DNA of 41,997 bases from an uncultured Candidatus Saccharibacteria bacterium (GTDB taxonomy: Bacteria; Patescibacteriota; Doudnabacteria; UBA920; O2-02-FULL-48-8): assembly GCA_964605735.1 (NCBI GenBank), contig CAZSDS010000002.1, forward strand, positions 4,093 through 46,089, given 5' to 3'. A program made the position numbers and the translations under genes. The notes under the pieces are model-generated. The model saw nothing but the letters and a program-made list of their open reading frames with translations. It was not told where the DNA came from and made no database searches. Shown one piece after another: positions 10,911-19,570 of this stretch (positions are counted from its first letter, which is position 1; every line of letters starts with the position of its first letter).

Positions 10911-11399
10911 CTACTGCACCCGCCCATCAGACGTAACGGTGAACAGACCCATAATGCTTGTACCCACCAGGGTGCTTACATCCACAGTCCGGACAATAAC
11001 CTGCCCGTTGAGTACAAAAACGCGGTGGGCGTTTATTCCAATAGCAGGATCTTGAAAATACACTGCGTAATCCCCTTGAGTAAACTCTAAGCTTTGGAGT
11101 GCGCACGAATACTTGCTGAAATCCTCAGCAACAGTCATATGCACTCTCCAGCAATCATAAAAACCCCGCCAATCAGAGGCGGAACTTCCCCTTTTGACGA
11201 TCATCAGGCGATTGCCTTGGGCATTCAAGTTCTGCGGATACTTCACCGCCTCATCACGAAGGTAGTCTATCGTGCTGAAGCGGAAGACCGCAGGAGCAGG
11301 AGCCGGATCCGAAGGTCCAGTTGGCGAGCTCTTGCTGCAGCTGACGCTGGGGAGAGCCAGCGCCAATACGATCACGATTGACGCAAATAATCGAAACAT
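10911..11399 (-). CDS. Putative lipoprotein, paralog 2
   Basis: LALPSVSC|SKSSPTGPS; shares F..VTSDGRVQ C-terminus and YAVYFQD motif with its neighbours. Confidence 0.8.
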   Translation of the reverse strand: MFRLFASIVIVLALALPSVSCSKSSPTGPSDPAPAPAVFRFSTIDYLRDEAVKYPQNLNAQGNRLMIVKRGSSASDWRGFYDCWRVHMTVAEDFSKYSCALQSLEFTQGDYAVYFQDPAIGINAHRVFVLNGQVIVRTVDVSTLVGTSIMGLFTVTSDGRVQ

Positions 11400-11420
11400 C
11401 TTAAGCTCCTTAATTAGCCG

Positions 11421-11936
11421 TTACTGCAAATGGCCATCCGAAGTTACGTTGAAATGAGCGAAGTTGTAGGTTACAAACTGGGTTGGCCACTGAGAGAATC
11501 GGTTGAGCACGAGACCATCTATCGATAAAAACTTAGTTGCTCTTACACCTAGCGCCATGTCCAAGAAATAGACCGCATACTCCCCTGGAGTAAATTGAAC
11601 GTGGTCGATTTTGCAGGAGTATCGGCTGAAGTTGTTCTCGATAATCATCTGAACACGCTCACACTCCAGAACACCCTGCCACGGCCAGTCGTTTATTATT
11701 GGACCATTGGTTATCCTCCGGGCAATGACCAGGTGATTGCCCATTGCGTTCAGGTGTTGTGGATTCAGAATCTCAACAGACGGATCCCTTTCGTAAGTTA
11801 TCGTATTGAACCGGAAAACCGGTGCAGGGCCTGAATCTGACGGAGCAGTGGGCGAACCCTTACTGCAACCAGCACTGGAAAGAGCCAGCGCCAAACCCAT
11901 GGCACACACAGCTAAAAGGCGGCACGCAAATGACAT
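11421..11936 (-). CDS. Putative lipoprotein, paralog 3
   Basis: LALSSAGC|SKGSPTAPS; VFRFNTITY, YAVYFLD, FNVTSDGHLQ motifs shared with paralog 2. Confidence 0.8.
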   Translation of the reverse strand: MSFACRLLAVCAMGLALALSSAGCSKGSPTAPSDSGPAPVFRFNTITYERDPSVEILNPQHLNAMGNHLVIARRITNGPIINDWPWQGVLECERVQMIIENNFSRYSCKIDHVQFTPGEYAVYFLDMALGVRATKFLSIDGLVLNRFSQWPTQFVTYNFAHFNVTSDGHLQ

Positions 11937-11992
11937 AGTTCCCTCCAGATTGAAGTTGTTAAGCCTAAGAGCCTGTACAATTAGGGCGAAGT

Positions 11993-12022
11993 ATTATACT
12001 CACAAACCCGCAAAAAAGTCAA
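11993..12022 (-). promoter_or_regulatory. Sigma70-type promoter for lipoprotein paralogs 3 and 2
   Basis: TTGACT-18 nt-TATAAT, same hexamers and spacing as the paralog 1 promoter. Confidence 0.6.
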
Positions 12023-12064
12023 GGTATAAACCTCGACTTTCTTTGTGTAAAATTTGGCGAAAAA

Positions 12065-12475
12065 CTAGTTTGTTGGAACGATCAACACCTCTTCAGCAGT
12101 AAATTCAGCCGATGTATTTGGGTTTTGCTTGGTTGTCACCGTGACCTGGGTCCCAGCCTTCACCTCATCCCTAAAAGCCTCAACTTTCTCTCTGGAACTA
12201 TTGTATTTGTAATACTTGGTGGCCTCAGTGGTTTTAACAGTCCTGTTTTCCATGCTGATGGAAAAATTGCCCTGTCCGGTTGATTTTGAAACAGCGGCCT
12301 CCATCTTCAAGCCATTGGCGCTGATCTCAAGAACTTTGCCCTGCGTGCCATACGTCTGGGCATTCACGTTCTGGAACGGATCAGAAACCTTATAATTCCT
12401 TTCCCAAATCAGGTATCCGCACAGTACCAGGAGCGCAACAACCAAAACTGATAAAAATTTTGTTTTTTTGTCCAT
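12065..12475 (-). CDS. Membrane-anchored DUF5666-like protein
   Basis: N-terminal TM; GKVLEI...TVKTTEATKY...VKAGTQVTV OB-like pattern; paralog of the next gene. Confidence 0.75.
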   Translation of the reverse strand: MDKKTKFLSVLVVALLVLCGYLIWERNYKVSDPFQNVNAQTYGTQGKVLEISANGLKMEAAVSKSTGQGNFSISMENRTVKTTEATKYYKYNSSREKVEAFRDEVKAGTQVTVTTKQNPNTSAEFTAEEVLIVPTN

Positions 12476-12486
12476 AGTTTTGTTTC

Positions 12487-12921
12487 TTATTGATTGATTT
12501 CAATTTGTGACGCTACAAAAGTTGTCGCATTCGTAGGATCTGAAGTTGTGCTGACATTGACCTCCATCCCCACTCTCAGCGCTGACGGCGTTACCACACT
12601 CCTGACTTTGGCGCCCGCGGTGTTGGTATTCCATCTCATGATTTTGACGTTTTCAAAAATAGTCACACCTTTTATTTCATTGACCAAAGTTGGCAACTGT
12701 CCCTCTTCCAGCACCCGATAAACCGGCACTTCAATCTCAATCCTACCGTCTTCCACCTTGGTTATCTCGCCGGTAACCGAATACGTCTGCGGAGGAGTGG
12801 TATTTTCCTGATTATTCTCTTCTGGGTCCTGCTTTGGCTGGTACATATTGAAAACCACAGCGCCAGCTGCAATCAAAATTATCAAAACTGTAATAATCGC
12901 AATGTTCTTTGAGGTTTTCAT
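12487..12921 (-). CDS. Membrane-anchored DUF5666-like protein
   Basis: N-terminal TM; VTGEITKV...LRVGMEVNV...FVASQIEI. Confidence 0.75.
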   Translation of the reverse strand: MKTSKNIAIITVLIILIAAGAVVFNMYQPKQDPEENNQENTTPPQTYSVTGEITKVEDGRIEIEVPVYRVLEEGQLPTLVNEIKGVTIFENVKIMRWNTNTAGAKVRSVVTPSALRVGMEVNVSTTSDPTNATTFVASQIEINQ

Positions 12922-12975
12922 GGTTTTGTTTCAGGGAAATCCCAGTTTTTATATTGCATTAATTATAAAATAAAG

Positions 12976-13863
12976 TTATTTGGAACGCAAATTTGAGTCC
13001 CAGCAGGCAAACAGCGAAACCGGCAAAGGTTTGCCGCCTGACTTGGGCATTAAAACCAGTTCGCCTGTAGCCACTTCCCCACCCAGATGCCCAACTGCGT
13101 CATGCAAAAGGTTGCCCAAACTCAATGAAGAAGCTTCTATGGAATACATGGTCATGAAAACGAACAACGGCGCTTCTGAAAGAAGCTGTTTGCAATTGTC
13201 GAGCAGTTCATTGATGGAATCCTCAATTTTCCAGACCTCGCCTTTTGGCCCGCGGCCGAACGCCGGCGGATCCATGATTATGGCGTCGTATTTGTTCCCG
13301 CGCCTGACCTCCCTTTTTACGAATTTAAGCGCATCATCCAGGATCCAGCGGATAGGCTTGTCTTTTAACCCGGACAGCTCCGCGTTTTCATTTGCCCAGG
13401 TCAAAGCGACTTTAGACCCGTCAACGTGAGTCACCGAAGCTCCGGCAGATGCGGCCATGAGCGTGGACATGCCAGTATAAGCAAACAGGTTTAAAACTTT
13501 TATGGGACGATTGGCCTGGCTGATTTTTTCCGCAATCCAGCGCCACTGCCTGGACTGCTCAGGAAACACGCCGACATGCTTGGACATCCGAGTAAGCTTG
13601 AGTTTGGCCTGAACCCCCTCAAACTGCAAAATTTTGGCGCTTACTGACTTTCCTGAGAACTCCCACTCCCCTTTTTCTTCCTTTTCGTACCGCGCTTGGG
13701 CCTTTGCCCATTCACCCTCACCCAAAGCCGGCTTCCACCACGCACGCGGCTCGCTCCTGACAATAATCAAATCGCCGAACTTTTCCAGCCGGCGATAATT
13801 TCCTGAATCCAAGAGTTCATATTCTGACCAGTCGTCGGTCCAGATTTTTATGTCCAACTTCAT
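12976..13863 (-). CDS. Class I SAM-dependent methyltransferase (RlmI/RlmK-like core)
   Basis: VLNLFAYTG SAM motif, HVDGS, YDAIIMDPPAFGRG, GVFPEQ. The substrate cannot be assigned. Confidence 0.9.
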   Translation of the reverse strand: MKLDIKIWTDDWSEYELLDSGNYRRLEKFGDLIIVRSEPRAWWKPALGEGEWAKAQARYEKEEKGEWEFSGKSVSAKILQFEGVQAKLKLTRMSKHVGVFPEQSRQWRWIAEKISQANRPIKVLNLFAYTGMSTLMAASAGASVTHVDGSKVALTWANENAELSGLKDKPIRWILDDALKFVKREVRRGNKYDAIIMDPPAFGRGPKGEVWKIEDSINELLDNCKQLLSEAPLFVFMTMYSIEASSLSLGNLLHDAVGHLGGEVATGELVLMPKSGGKPLPVSLFACWDSNLRSK

Positions 13864-14477
13864 TCGATTTTCCCTGATATGCCATCAACAACAACTGGCG
13901 TATCCCGTCCGCCGTCCATGTACTCCAAATTCACAGTAAACAGATCAAACCCGGAGAAAGTTGATGGCAAAGGATTTGCCTGGGTAGAGACTGTCATTTG
14001 GGCGAAGGGAGGCGTGAACCGGATGGCCCCGGCGCTGTATGGAGTACTGGAACCTGCGGCTGTCAAAGCAAATGGTGCGCTTGGCTGGTACTGGACCTGC
14101 GTGGGTAATTCGTACTGCAGGAGGCGCATTACCTGGCCGCAGCGGTTTTCCGCCATAACCACGGCTGAGTTGTTGCCCGTGACAAATTCCACCCAGGAAG
14201 AGACCAATGAATAATCCGTGCATGTACCGCCTGCGCCGCGGACATAAACCGCACTGCGCGGAATTTGAGAGCCGCTTAAAGCCTGGTTCTGCGCGTACCT
14301 GACGGCGCTTATCACTGTATCGCGCGCCAGGCTGACTCGCTTGGACTGCTCACCGGTCCTGAAATTGACGATCAAAGCCAAAGACACCAAAGCCAGGACA
14401 AAGCAGACTATGGTCAGCTCTATCAAAGTAAACCCGAAGTTGTATTTTCCATTCTTCATGCGGTGATTACAAGCCAA
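13860..14477 (-). CDS. FimT/GspH-like minor pilin
   Basis: FG|FTLIELTIV prepilin motif; AVRYAQNQALSG. Confidence 0.85.
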   Translation of the reverse strand: MACNHRMKNGKYNFGFTLIELTIVCFVLALVSLALIVNFRTGEQSKRVSLARDTVISAVRYAQNQALSGSQIPRSAVYVRGAGGTCTDYSLVSSWVEFVTGNNSAVVMAENRCGQVMRLLQYELPTQVQYQPSAPFALTAAGSSTPYSAGAIRFTPPFAQMTVSTQANPLPSTFSGFDLFTVNLEYMDGGRDTPVVVDGISGKIE

Positions 14478-15246
14478 TTAAGTTCATATACCAGTCTATT
14501 ACCGGTTGGCCGTATAGCATAGTTATTATAGCAGTTATCGCCAAAAATGTGCCGAAAGGAAGCTTTGACCCCATCTGCTTTCTGCCCATGGCAATCAAAC
14601 CAACCCCGGCCAGCGCCCCAAGCATGTATGCGCTGAACAAAAGCAGAATTGCGCCAGGGAAACCTGCAGTCACACCCAGCATAAGCCCAAACTTCACATC
14701 CCCAAACCCAATCCACTTCCCTTTTGAAACAACATATTGCAGAAAAAAGAATCCGGAAATAATCAACGCCCCCAGTAAACCGGAAAGAATAGCAGAACAT
14801 TGCCATGCTCCGCAAGGGTCCACCAAATCCCTGGTTATGGCGTATGCAAATGCCACTGCCAGACCTGGGAAGACCACCTTATCCAATATCAAAAAATGCT
14901 TGAAGTCATAAACCGCGATAACTATAAAAAAGGCGGCCAATATGCATTCAAAAACCAGCTGATACCCGAAACCGCCGAATTTAATTGCAAGCAGGGCAAA
15001 AGCCAAAGCAGTCATCACCTCAACCAGCGGATATTGGGCGGAAATTTCAGCTTTGCAGTGCCTGCACTTGCCGCCCAAATACAGATAGCTGATTAAAGGA
15101 ACCAAATCAAGTGCTTCCAGCTGACGGCCACAATGAGGACAATGCGATCGTCCATTAAAAGACTCTCCGGTTTTCAGGCGGTTGATGACTACGTTTAAAA
15201 AACTCCCTGCTATAAGGCCTGAAATTATGGAAAGGAAAATCAGCAT
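14467..15246 (-). CDS. pilD: Prepilin peptidase/N-methyltransferase (A24)
   Basis: GSFLNVVI, CPHC...CRHC Zn domain, YDFKH and GFGDVK catalytic Asp motifs, PFGTFL. Confidence 0.96.
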   Translation of the reverse strand: MLIFLSIISGLIAGSFLNVVINRLKTGESFNGRSHCPHCGRQLEALDLVPLISYLYLGGKCRHCKAEISAQYPLVEVMTALAFALLAIKFGGFGYQLVFECILAAFFIVIAVYDFKHFLILDKVVFPGLAVAFAYAITRDLVDPCGAWQCSAILSGLLGALIISGFFFLQYVVSKGKWIGFGDVKFGLMLGVTAGFPGAILLLFSAYMLGALAGVGLIAMGRKQMGSKLPFGTFLAITAIITMLYGQPVIDWYMNLIGL

Positions 15247-15264
15247 AAAGTTAAAGCTCCTTAT

Positions 15265-15705
15265 CTAGAAAGGAGCAACAGTGTCAAAACCTTTTGTTGT
15301 TAAATAGTATGTTCCCGGAGGGCCCAAATCAGTGTTTCCTTCCGTGGTAAACGCTATGTAGTAATTTCTGTAGGCAGTGCCGCCGCAGACAGTGCTGACA
15401 GGGAGCTCTGTTTGGTAAATGTATGGGACTCCGGTTGCCGGATCATTTGGAACCATGAGGAATTGCGTGGTATTGCAGGCAATCAAACCGCCTGTCCAGA
15501 CAGTCTGGTCCGGATACCCGGATGCTGTGGTGTAATACAGGTCCAAGCCTGTTTTTATCTGCTTCATGTCGCTGAGTCTTTTGGCGTCACGGGCCTTAAG
15601 GCGGAAATTACCGAAGCCCACCGCAATTACGGATGTCAAAAGCCCGATAATGGCCACGACCACGAGCAATTCTATAAGTGTAAACCCTCTTTGTTTTTTA
15701 TTCAT
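15265..15705 (-). CDS. Type IV pilin
   Basis: RG|FTLIELLVVVAIIG; RDAKRLSDMKQI. Confidence 0.93.
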   Translation of the reverse strand: MNKKQRGFTLIELLVVVAIIGLLTSVIAVGFGNFRLKARDAKRLSDMKQIKTGLDLYYTTASGYPDQTVWTGGLIACNTTQFLMVPNDPATGVPYIYQTELPVSTVCGGTAYRNYYIAFTTEGNTDLGPPGTYYLTTKGFDTVAPF

Positions 15706-15710
15706 CGTTG

Positions 15711-16160
15711 TTATTGGTAATTAGTCGGGGTGGCAATTCTTACCCCAGCCTTGAGACTGCCATACCCCTCCCCAAGGCAGAATCTGATTTGATAATTTTC
15801 CCCGGAATTCAGCTGTTCATAGACATATGAATTGTTTGCCTCTGTGCAAGTCCCGTCAGCAGGCTCCGGCGCTGAAGGCCACGGAGAAACAAATCTGGCA
15901 AAAGAATTATCCACGCCTACGGCCACGCCATTGCTGGCCTGCGGAAAATAACCGAATTCTTCATAGTAATGCTTCAAGGCTTTTTGCAGTTGAACCACGT
16001 CAGAAACCCTTTGAGCGTCTCTCTGCGTTTTCTTGGCGGAAAAATAAGCTGAGACAACAACAACGGCCAGGATAAGGCCGATTATGATTAAGATCACGCT
16101 TTCAATCACACCGAAGCCTGATTCTGATTTGTGGTTTCTTGAAAACATTAGTATTCCCAA
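15711..16160 (-). CDS. Pilin paralog with atypical N-terminus
   Basis: SG|FGVIESVIL; RDAQRVSDV; C-terminal WP..P.P.DGTC...NN.YVY...FCLG shared with the 16219 pilin. Confidence 0.85.
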   Translation of the reverse strand: MGILMFSRNHKSESGFGVIESVILIIIGLILAVVVVSAYFSAKKTQRDAQRVSDVVQLQKALKHYYEEFGYFPQASNGVAVGVDNSFARFVSPWPSAPEPADGTCTEANNSYVYEQLNSGENYQIRFCLGEGYGSLKAGVRIATPTNYQ

Positions 16161-16218
16161 ACAGCCGAAAGTTCAGCTATTTAGGAATACTCCAGAAAAT
16201 TCCGGAGTATTGAATGAA

Positions 16219-16698
16219 CTAGTTGATACCTGCTGGAGATGCAGTTCTTGCACCTTGAGCGTATCCACCGGTAGCAGCACCCAGACAGAATCCCAGAGTG
16301 TAGGAAGCTGGATCTGAGGTGTCATCAGTGGTGCCGTCAGCAGCTTTACCGTTATAAACGTAAGCGTTGTTACCAGCGCCACAGGTTCCATCTGGAGGAG
16401 TTGGCGCAGTTGGCCAGATCGCCAGATAGTCCTGGAACTGGGTTGAAGTTGTACCAGTCGGACCAGGAGTCGTAGGGTCTGGAACGTTACCAGTAGCCTC
16501 GTTAGGGTAAGCACTGTTATCGTTGTAGAACAATTCCAAAGCGGTCATGATCTGACGAATATCGGAGAGTCTTCGGGCATCACGGGATTTTGCACGAGCT
16601 GAGTTAAGAGAGACCAAAACCACAGCGGACAAAATACCGATAATCGCGATAACCACCAACAATTCGATCAATGTAAACCCTTTTTGCATTTTTTTCAT
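16219..16698 (-). CDS. Type IV pilin, probable major pilin
   Basis: KG|FTLIELLVVIAIIGILSAVV; strong RBS GGGGGTGA; own promoter; directly downstream of pilC. Confidence 0.93.
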   Translation of the reverse strand: MKKMQKGFTLIELLVVIAIIGILSAVVLVSLNSARAKSRDARRLSDIRQIMTALELFYNDNSAYPNEATGNVPDPTTPGPTGTTSTQFQDYLAIWPTAPTPPDGTCGAGNNAYVYNGKAADGTTDDTSDPASYTLGFCLGAATGGYAQGARTASPAGIN

Positions 16699-16833
16699 AC
16701 ATTCACCCCCTTCCCGTACAGGAAAAAAAGTAAAGTTGATAAAACTAAAGGAAACAAGGCGCCTTGTCAGCCGTCTCCTTTTCTATATCAAACTTTTCCT
16801 TTGGTTAATTTTTGTGTCATTTTCCACTTTTCT

Positions 16834-16862
16834 GCACGTAATAATTATATATCGAAAGCCCC
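16834..16862 (-). promoter_or_regulatory. Candidate sigma70 promoter for the pilin operon
   Basis: TTGCGA-17 nt-TATAAT in the pilC-pilin intergenic region (end coordinates approximate). Confidence 0.45.
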
Positions 16863-16895
16863 TTGTTCGCAACTTTCCGTCAAGGGCATTCGACG

Positions 16896-18098
16896 CTAAA
16901 CTGCGCTGGCCAGGTTGTAGATTGGAAGCAAAATACCGGCAACCATGACGGCCACAGCCAACCCGAGCAACATCATGATGATTGGTTCAATCAATGTGGT
17001 CAAAACCTTCAGGATAGCTTCCACCTCTTTTTCATAATATCTGGCCAATTTATCAAGAATATCCTGCAATTTTCCGGTGCTCTCCCCTATCTGCATCATC
17101 TGAGGAATAATCGGCGGGAACTCCGGATGGTCTGCCAAAGCCTGGGAAATCCCTTTCCCGTTTTTGACTTCCGTGGAGGCGTTAAACAAAATGTCCCGGT
17201 AAACGGCGTTGCCAACTATGTCAGCCACCGAATCCATGGCCTTAACAATCGGAATTCCTCCGGCAATGAGTGTGGATAAGTTCCGGGCGAATCTGGCCAT
17301 GTAAATGTCTTTTGCGAGCCTGTTGAAAATAGGCAGCTTCAGTTTCAGCCAGTCAAAAAGATATCGGCCGGGCGGTGTTGCAATGTATAACTTTAAGCCT
17401 ATGGCCCCGCCTACCAGCAGGAAGGCAAGCGCCCACCAATAATTTTGCAGAATGTCTGTCACGAAAACCAGAATTTTCGTGGTGAACGGCAGATCAACGT
17501 TGGATTCTTCCAAAAGGCTGATCATTGGCGGCAGAACAAAGATAAACATCAGGAACCCGACAATAACCAAGGCAACTAAAATGAACGCCGGATACGTCAT
17601 AGCCCCTATGATCTTTGAACGCAGGTCATAATCCTTCTCAACCTGATCAGCAAGATAAGTCAGAGAATCATCCAAGCTTCCGGAAAGCTCGCCGGAGCGG
17701 ACCAGGTTAACATACATTTCGCTAAACAGTTTAGGGTAGCCTGTTATGGCCGTGGACAGCGCCTCACCAGCCTCAACTTTCTGCGCAATTTCCCCGACAA
17801 TCGTCCTTAGTTTTCTGGAATTGACCTGATCCTGCAAAATTTTCAAAGCCATGACAATTGGGACTTTGGCATTTATCAGAGTGGCGAGCTGACGGGAAAA
17901 CATGACCAGTTCCTTCGGCGAAATCCGGTCAAAGAAATTGATTTTTTCAAAAATTGACAGCTTGGTGACCGGAAACACCTTGATGATGATCAGGCCATGA
18001 GAATGCAAAATTTCCGTAGCTGAGGCAATATTGCCCGCTTCTACGGTTCCGGTCCTCATTGTCCCCTGGCTGTCTCGCGCTTGGTATGAAAATTCCAT
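16896..18098 (-). CDS. pilC: Type IV pilus platform protein (T2SSF family)
   Basis: FSRQLATLINA, GELSGSLD, YPAFIL, IGESTGKL, LIEPI; duplicated T2SSF domains. Confidence 0.96.
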   Translation of the reverse strand: MEFSYQARDSQGTMRTGTVEAGNIASATEILHSHGLIIIKVFPVTKLSIFEKINFFDRISPKELVMFSRQLATLINAKVPIVMALKILQDQVNSRKLRTIVGEIAQKVEAGEALSTAITGYPKLFSEMYVNLVRSGELSGSLDDSLTYLADQVEKDYDLRSKIIGAMTYPAFILVALVIVGFLMFIFVLPPMISLLEESNVDLPFTTKILVFVTDILQNYWWALAFLLVGGAIGLKLYIATPPGRYLFDWLKLKLPIFNRLAKDIYMARFARNLSTLIAGGIPIVKAMDSVADIVGNAVYRDILFNASTEVKNGKGISQALADHPEFPPIIPQMMQIGESTGKLQDILDKLARYYEKEVEAILKVLTTLIEPIIMMLLGLAVAVMVAGILLPIYNLASAV

Positions 18099-18112
18099 AT
18101 TATTTCACCTTG

Positions 18113-19189
18113 TTAAATCTTAAGCAGGCCGCGGAATAGGCTTTGGTCAGTGGTGTACGGCAAAGCATCCTCCATCTTAACCTGTCCCTGTGAGACGAGG
18201 TTTGCCAAATATCGGTCCATTGAGATCATGCCGTCAGATCCGCCGGTGTGGATAACGTTTGCCAGCTGGTGCGTCTTGCCTTCTCTGATGATATTGCTTA
18301 CAGCCACGTTGTTGGTCATGATTTCCAAAGCCGGCAGACGTCCGCCGCCAATTCTAGGCAGTAGTCTTTGCGAAACAACCCCAAGAAGAACGTTTGAAAG
18401 CTGGGCGCGGATCTGGCCTTGCTGGTATGCCGGGAACACGTCAATGATACGGTCAATTGTCTGCGGAGCGTCATTGGTGTGCAGTGTTGCCAAAACCAGG
18501 TGACCTGTTTCAGCCAGGGTCAGGGTGGTGGAAATGGATTCCAGATCGCGCATTTCACCGACCAGAATAACGTTTATGTCTTCGCGCAAAACCGATTTCA
18601 GGGCTCGGGCAAAGGAGGTTGTGTCCACGCCCACTTCTCTTTGGCTGATCAGAGATTTATCCTGGTTATATATGAATTCGATTGGGTCTTCAACGGTCAC
18701 TATGTTCACGGCGCGCGTATGGTTAACCAAATCAACCATGGACGCCAGAGTTGTGGACTTACCATGCCCCGTAGGGCCGACCACCAGGAACAAGCCTTGC
18801 GGACTGGAAGTAAACCGTGCGATCTGCTTTGGGAGGTTCAGCTCTTCTATGGTCTTTATTTTATTCGGTACGAGACGCAACGCCACGGCAGGCGTGCCTT
18901 TGCTCATGTAGGCATTGCCTCGGAATCGGACATTGTCCTTGTATGAAAAAGAGAAGTCCACTTCCAGCTCGTCACGGAATTGTTTTCTCCTGGTTTCGTT
19001 CCCCAGCAAAACGTCGGCCATTGTCCCTATTGCCGCGCCAGACAACACACCATACTCATCCAGCTCCACGAGCACGCTGTCAACGCGCAACGTTGGCGGC
19101 TTCCCGGCAACCAAGTGAAGGTCGGAAGCGTTCTTCTGAAGCACTTCCATCATCAATTTATTTACTTCTAGTTCGTTTGACTTGTACAT
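18113..19189 (-). CDS. pilT: Type IV pilus retraction ATPase
   Basis: GPTGHGKSTT, TVEDPIEF, LREDINVILVGEMRD, TGHLVLATLHT, AVSNIIREGK (AIRNLIRE-like). Confidence 0.96.
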   Translation of the reverse strand: MYKSNELEVNKLMMEVLQKNASDLHLVAGKPPTLRVDSVLVELDEYGVLSGAAIGTMADVLLGNETRRKQFRDELEVDFSFSYKDNVRFRGNAYMSKGTPAVALRLVPNKIKTIEELNLPKQIARFTSSPQGLFLVVGPTGHGKSTTLASMVDLVNHTRAVNIVTVEDPIEFIYNQDKSLISQREVGVDTTSFARALKSVLREDINVILVGEMRDLESISTTLTLAETGHLVLATLHTNDAPQTIDRIIDVFPAYQQGQIRAQLSNVLLGVVSQRLLPRIGGGRLPALEIMTNNVAVSNIIREGKTHQLANVIHTGGSDGMISMDRYLANLVSQGQVKMEDALPYTTDQSLFRGLLKI

Positions 19190-19200
19190 CGGCGTTGAGA

Positions 19201-19569
19201 TTAATAGTTAACCAAAAATTTATAGTGTGAGGCTATGTGGGGCAACAGCTGTTCCGGGCCATGTTCTTTCAGCTTGAGCCAGGCATTGGCTCCCAAACCC
19301 AGGGCGTCCTCCCGCATTTCTTCGTTGGTCAGGAAAAGGAAGGGAGCATCGCGCATGTCCGGGTGTTTTCTGACGTACTCGAGAAGCGCCAGGCCTGACA
19401 TGAACGGCAAACGGTATTCCGAGATGATCATTTTGGGCCTCGTTTCTTTTATTTTCCTTAACCCCATCAGGCCGTCATGAGCGGAGTCTATGCTGAAGTG
19501 CTCTGACAAATGCCGGTGGTAAATCCCGCACAGCTTGTGGTCCGGATGGATAAATAAAATGTTTGCCAT
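19201..19569 (-). CDS. Single-domain atypical receiver (CheY-like) protein
   Basis: CheY-like pattern (SAHDG, PKMIISEYRLP, SGLALL, PFLFLT, GAN) with non-canonical active-site residues. Confidence 0.85.
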   Translation of the reverse strand: MANILFIHPDHKLCGIYHRHLSEHFSIDSAHDGLMGLRKIKETRPKMIISEYRLPFMSGLALLEYVRKHPDMRDAPFLFLTNEEMREDALGLGANAWLKLKEHGPEQLLPHIASHYKFLVNY

Positions 19570-19570
19570 A

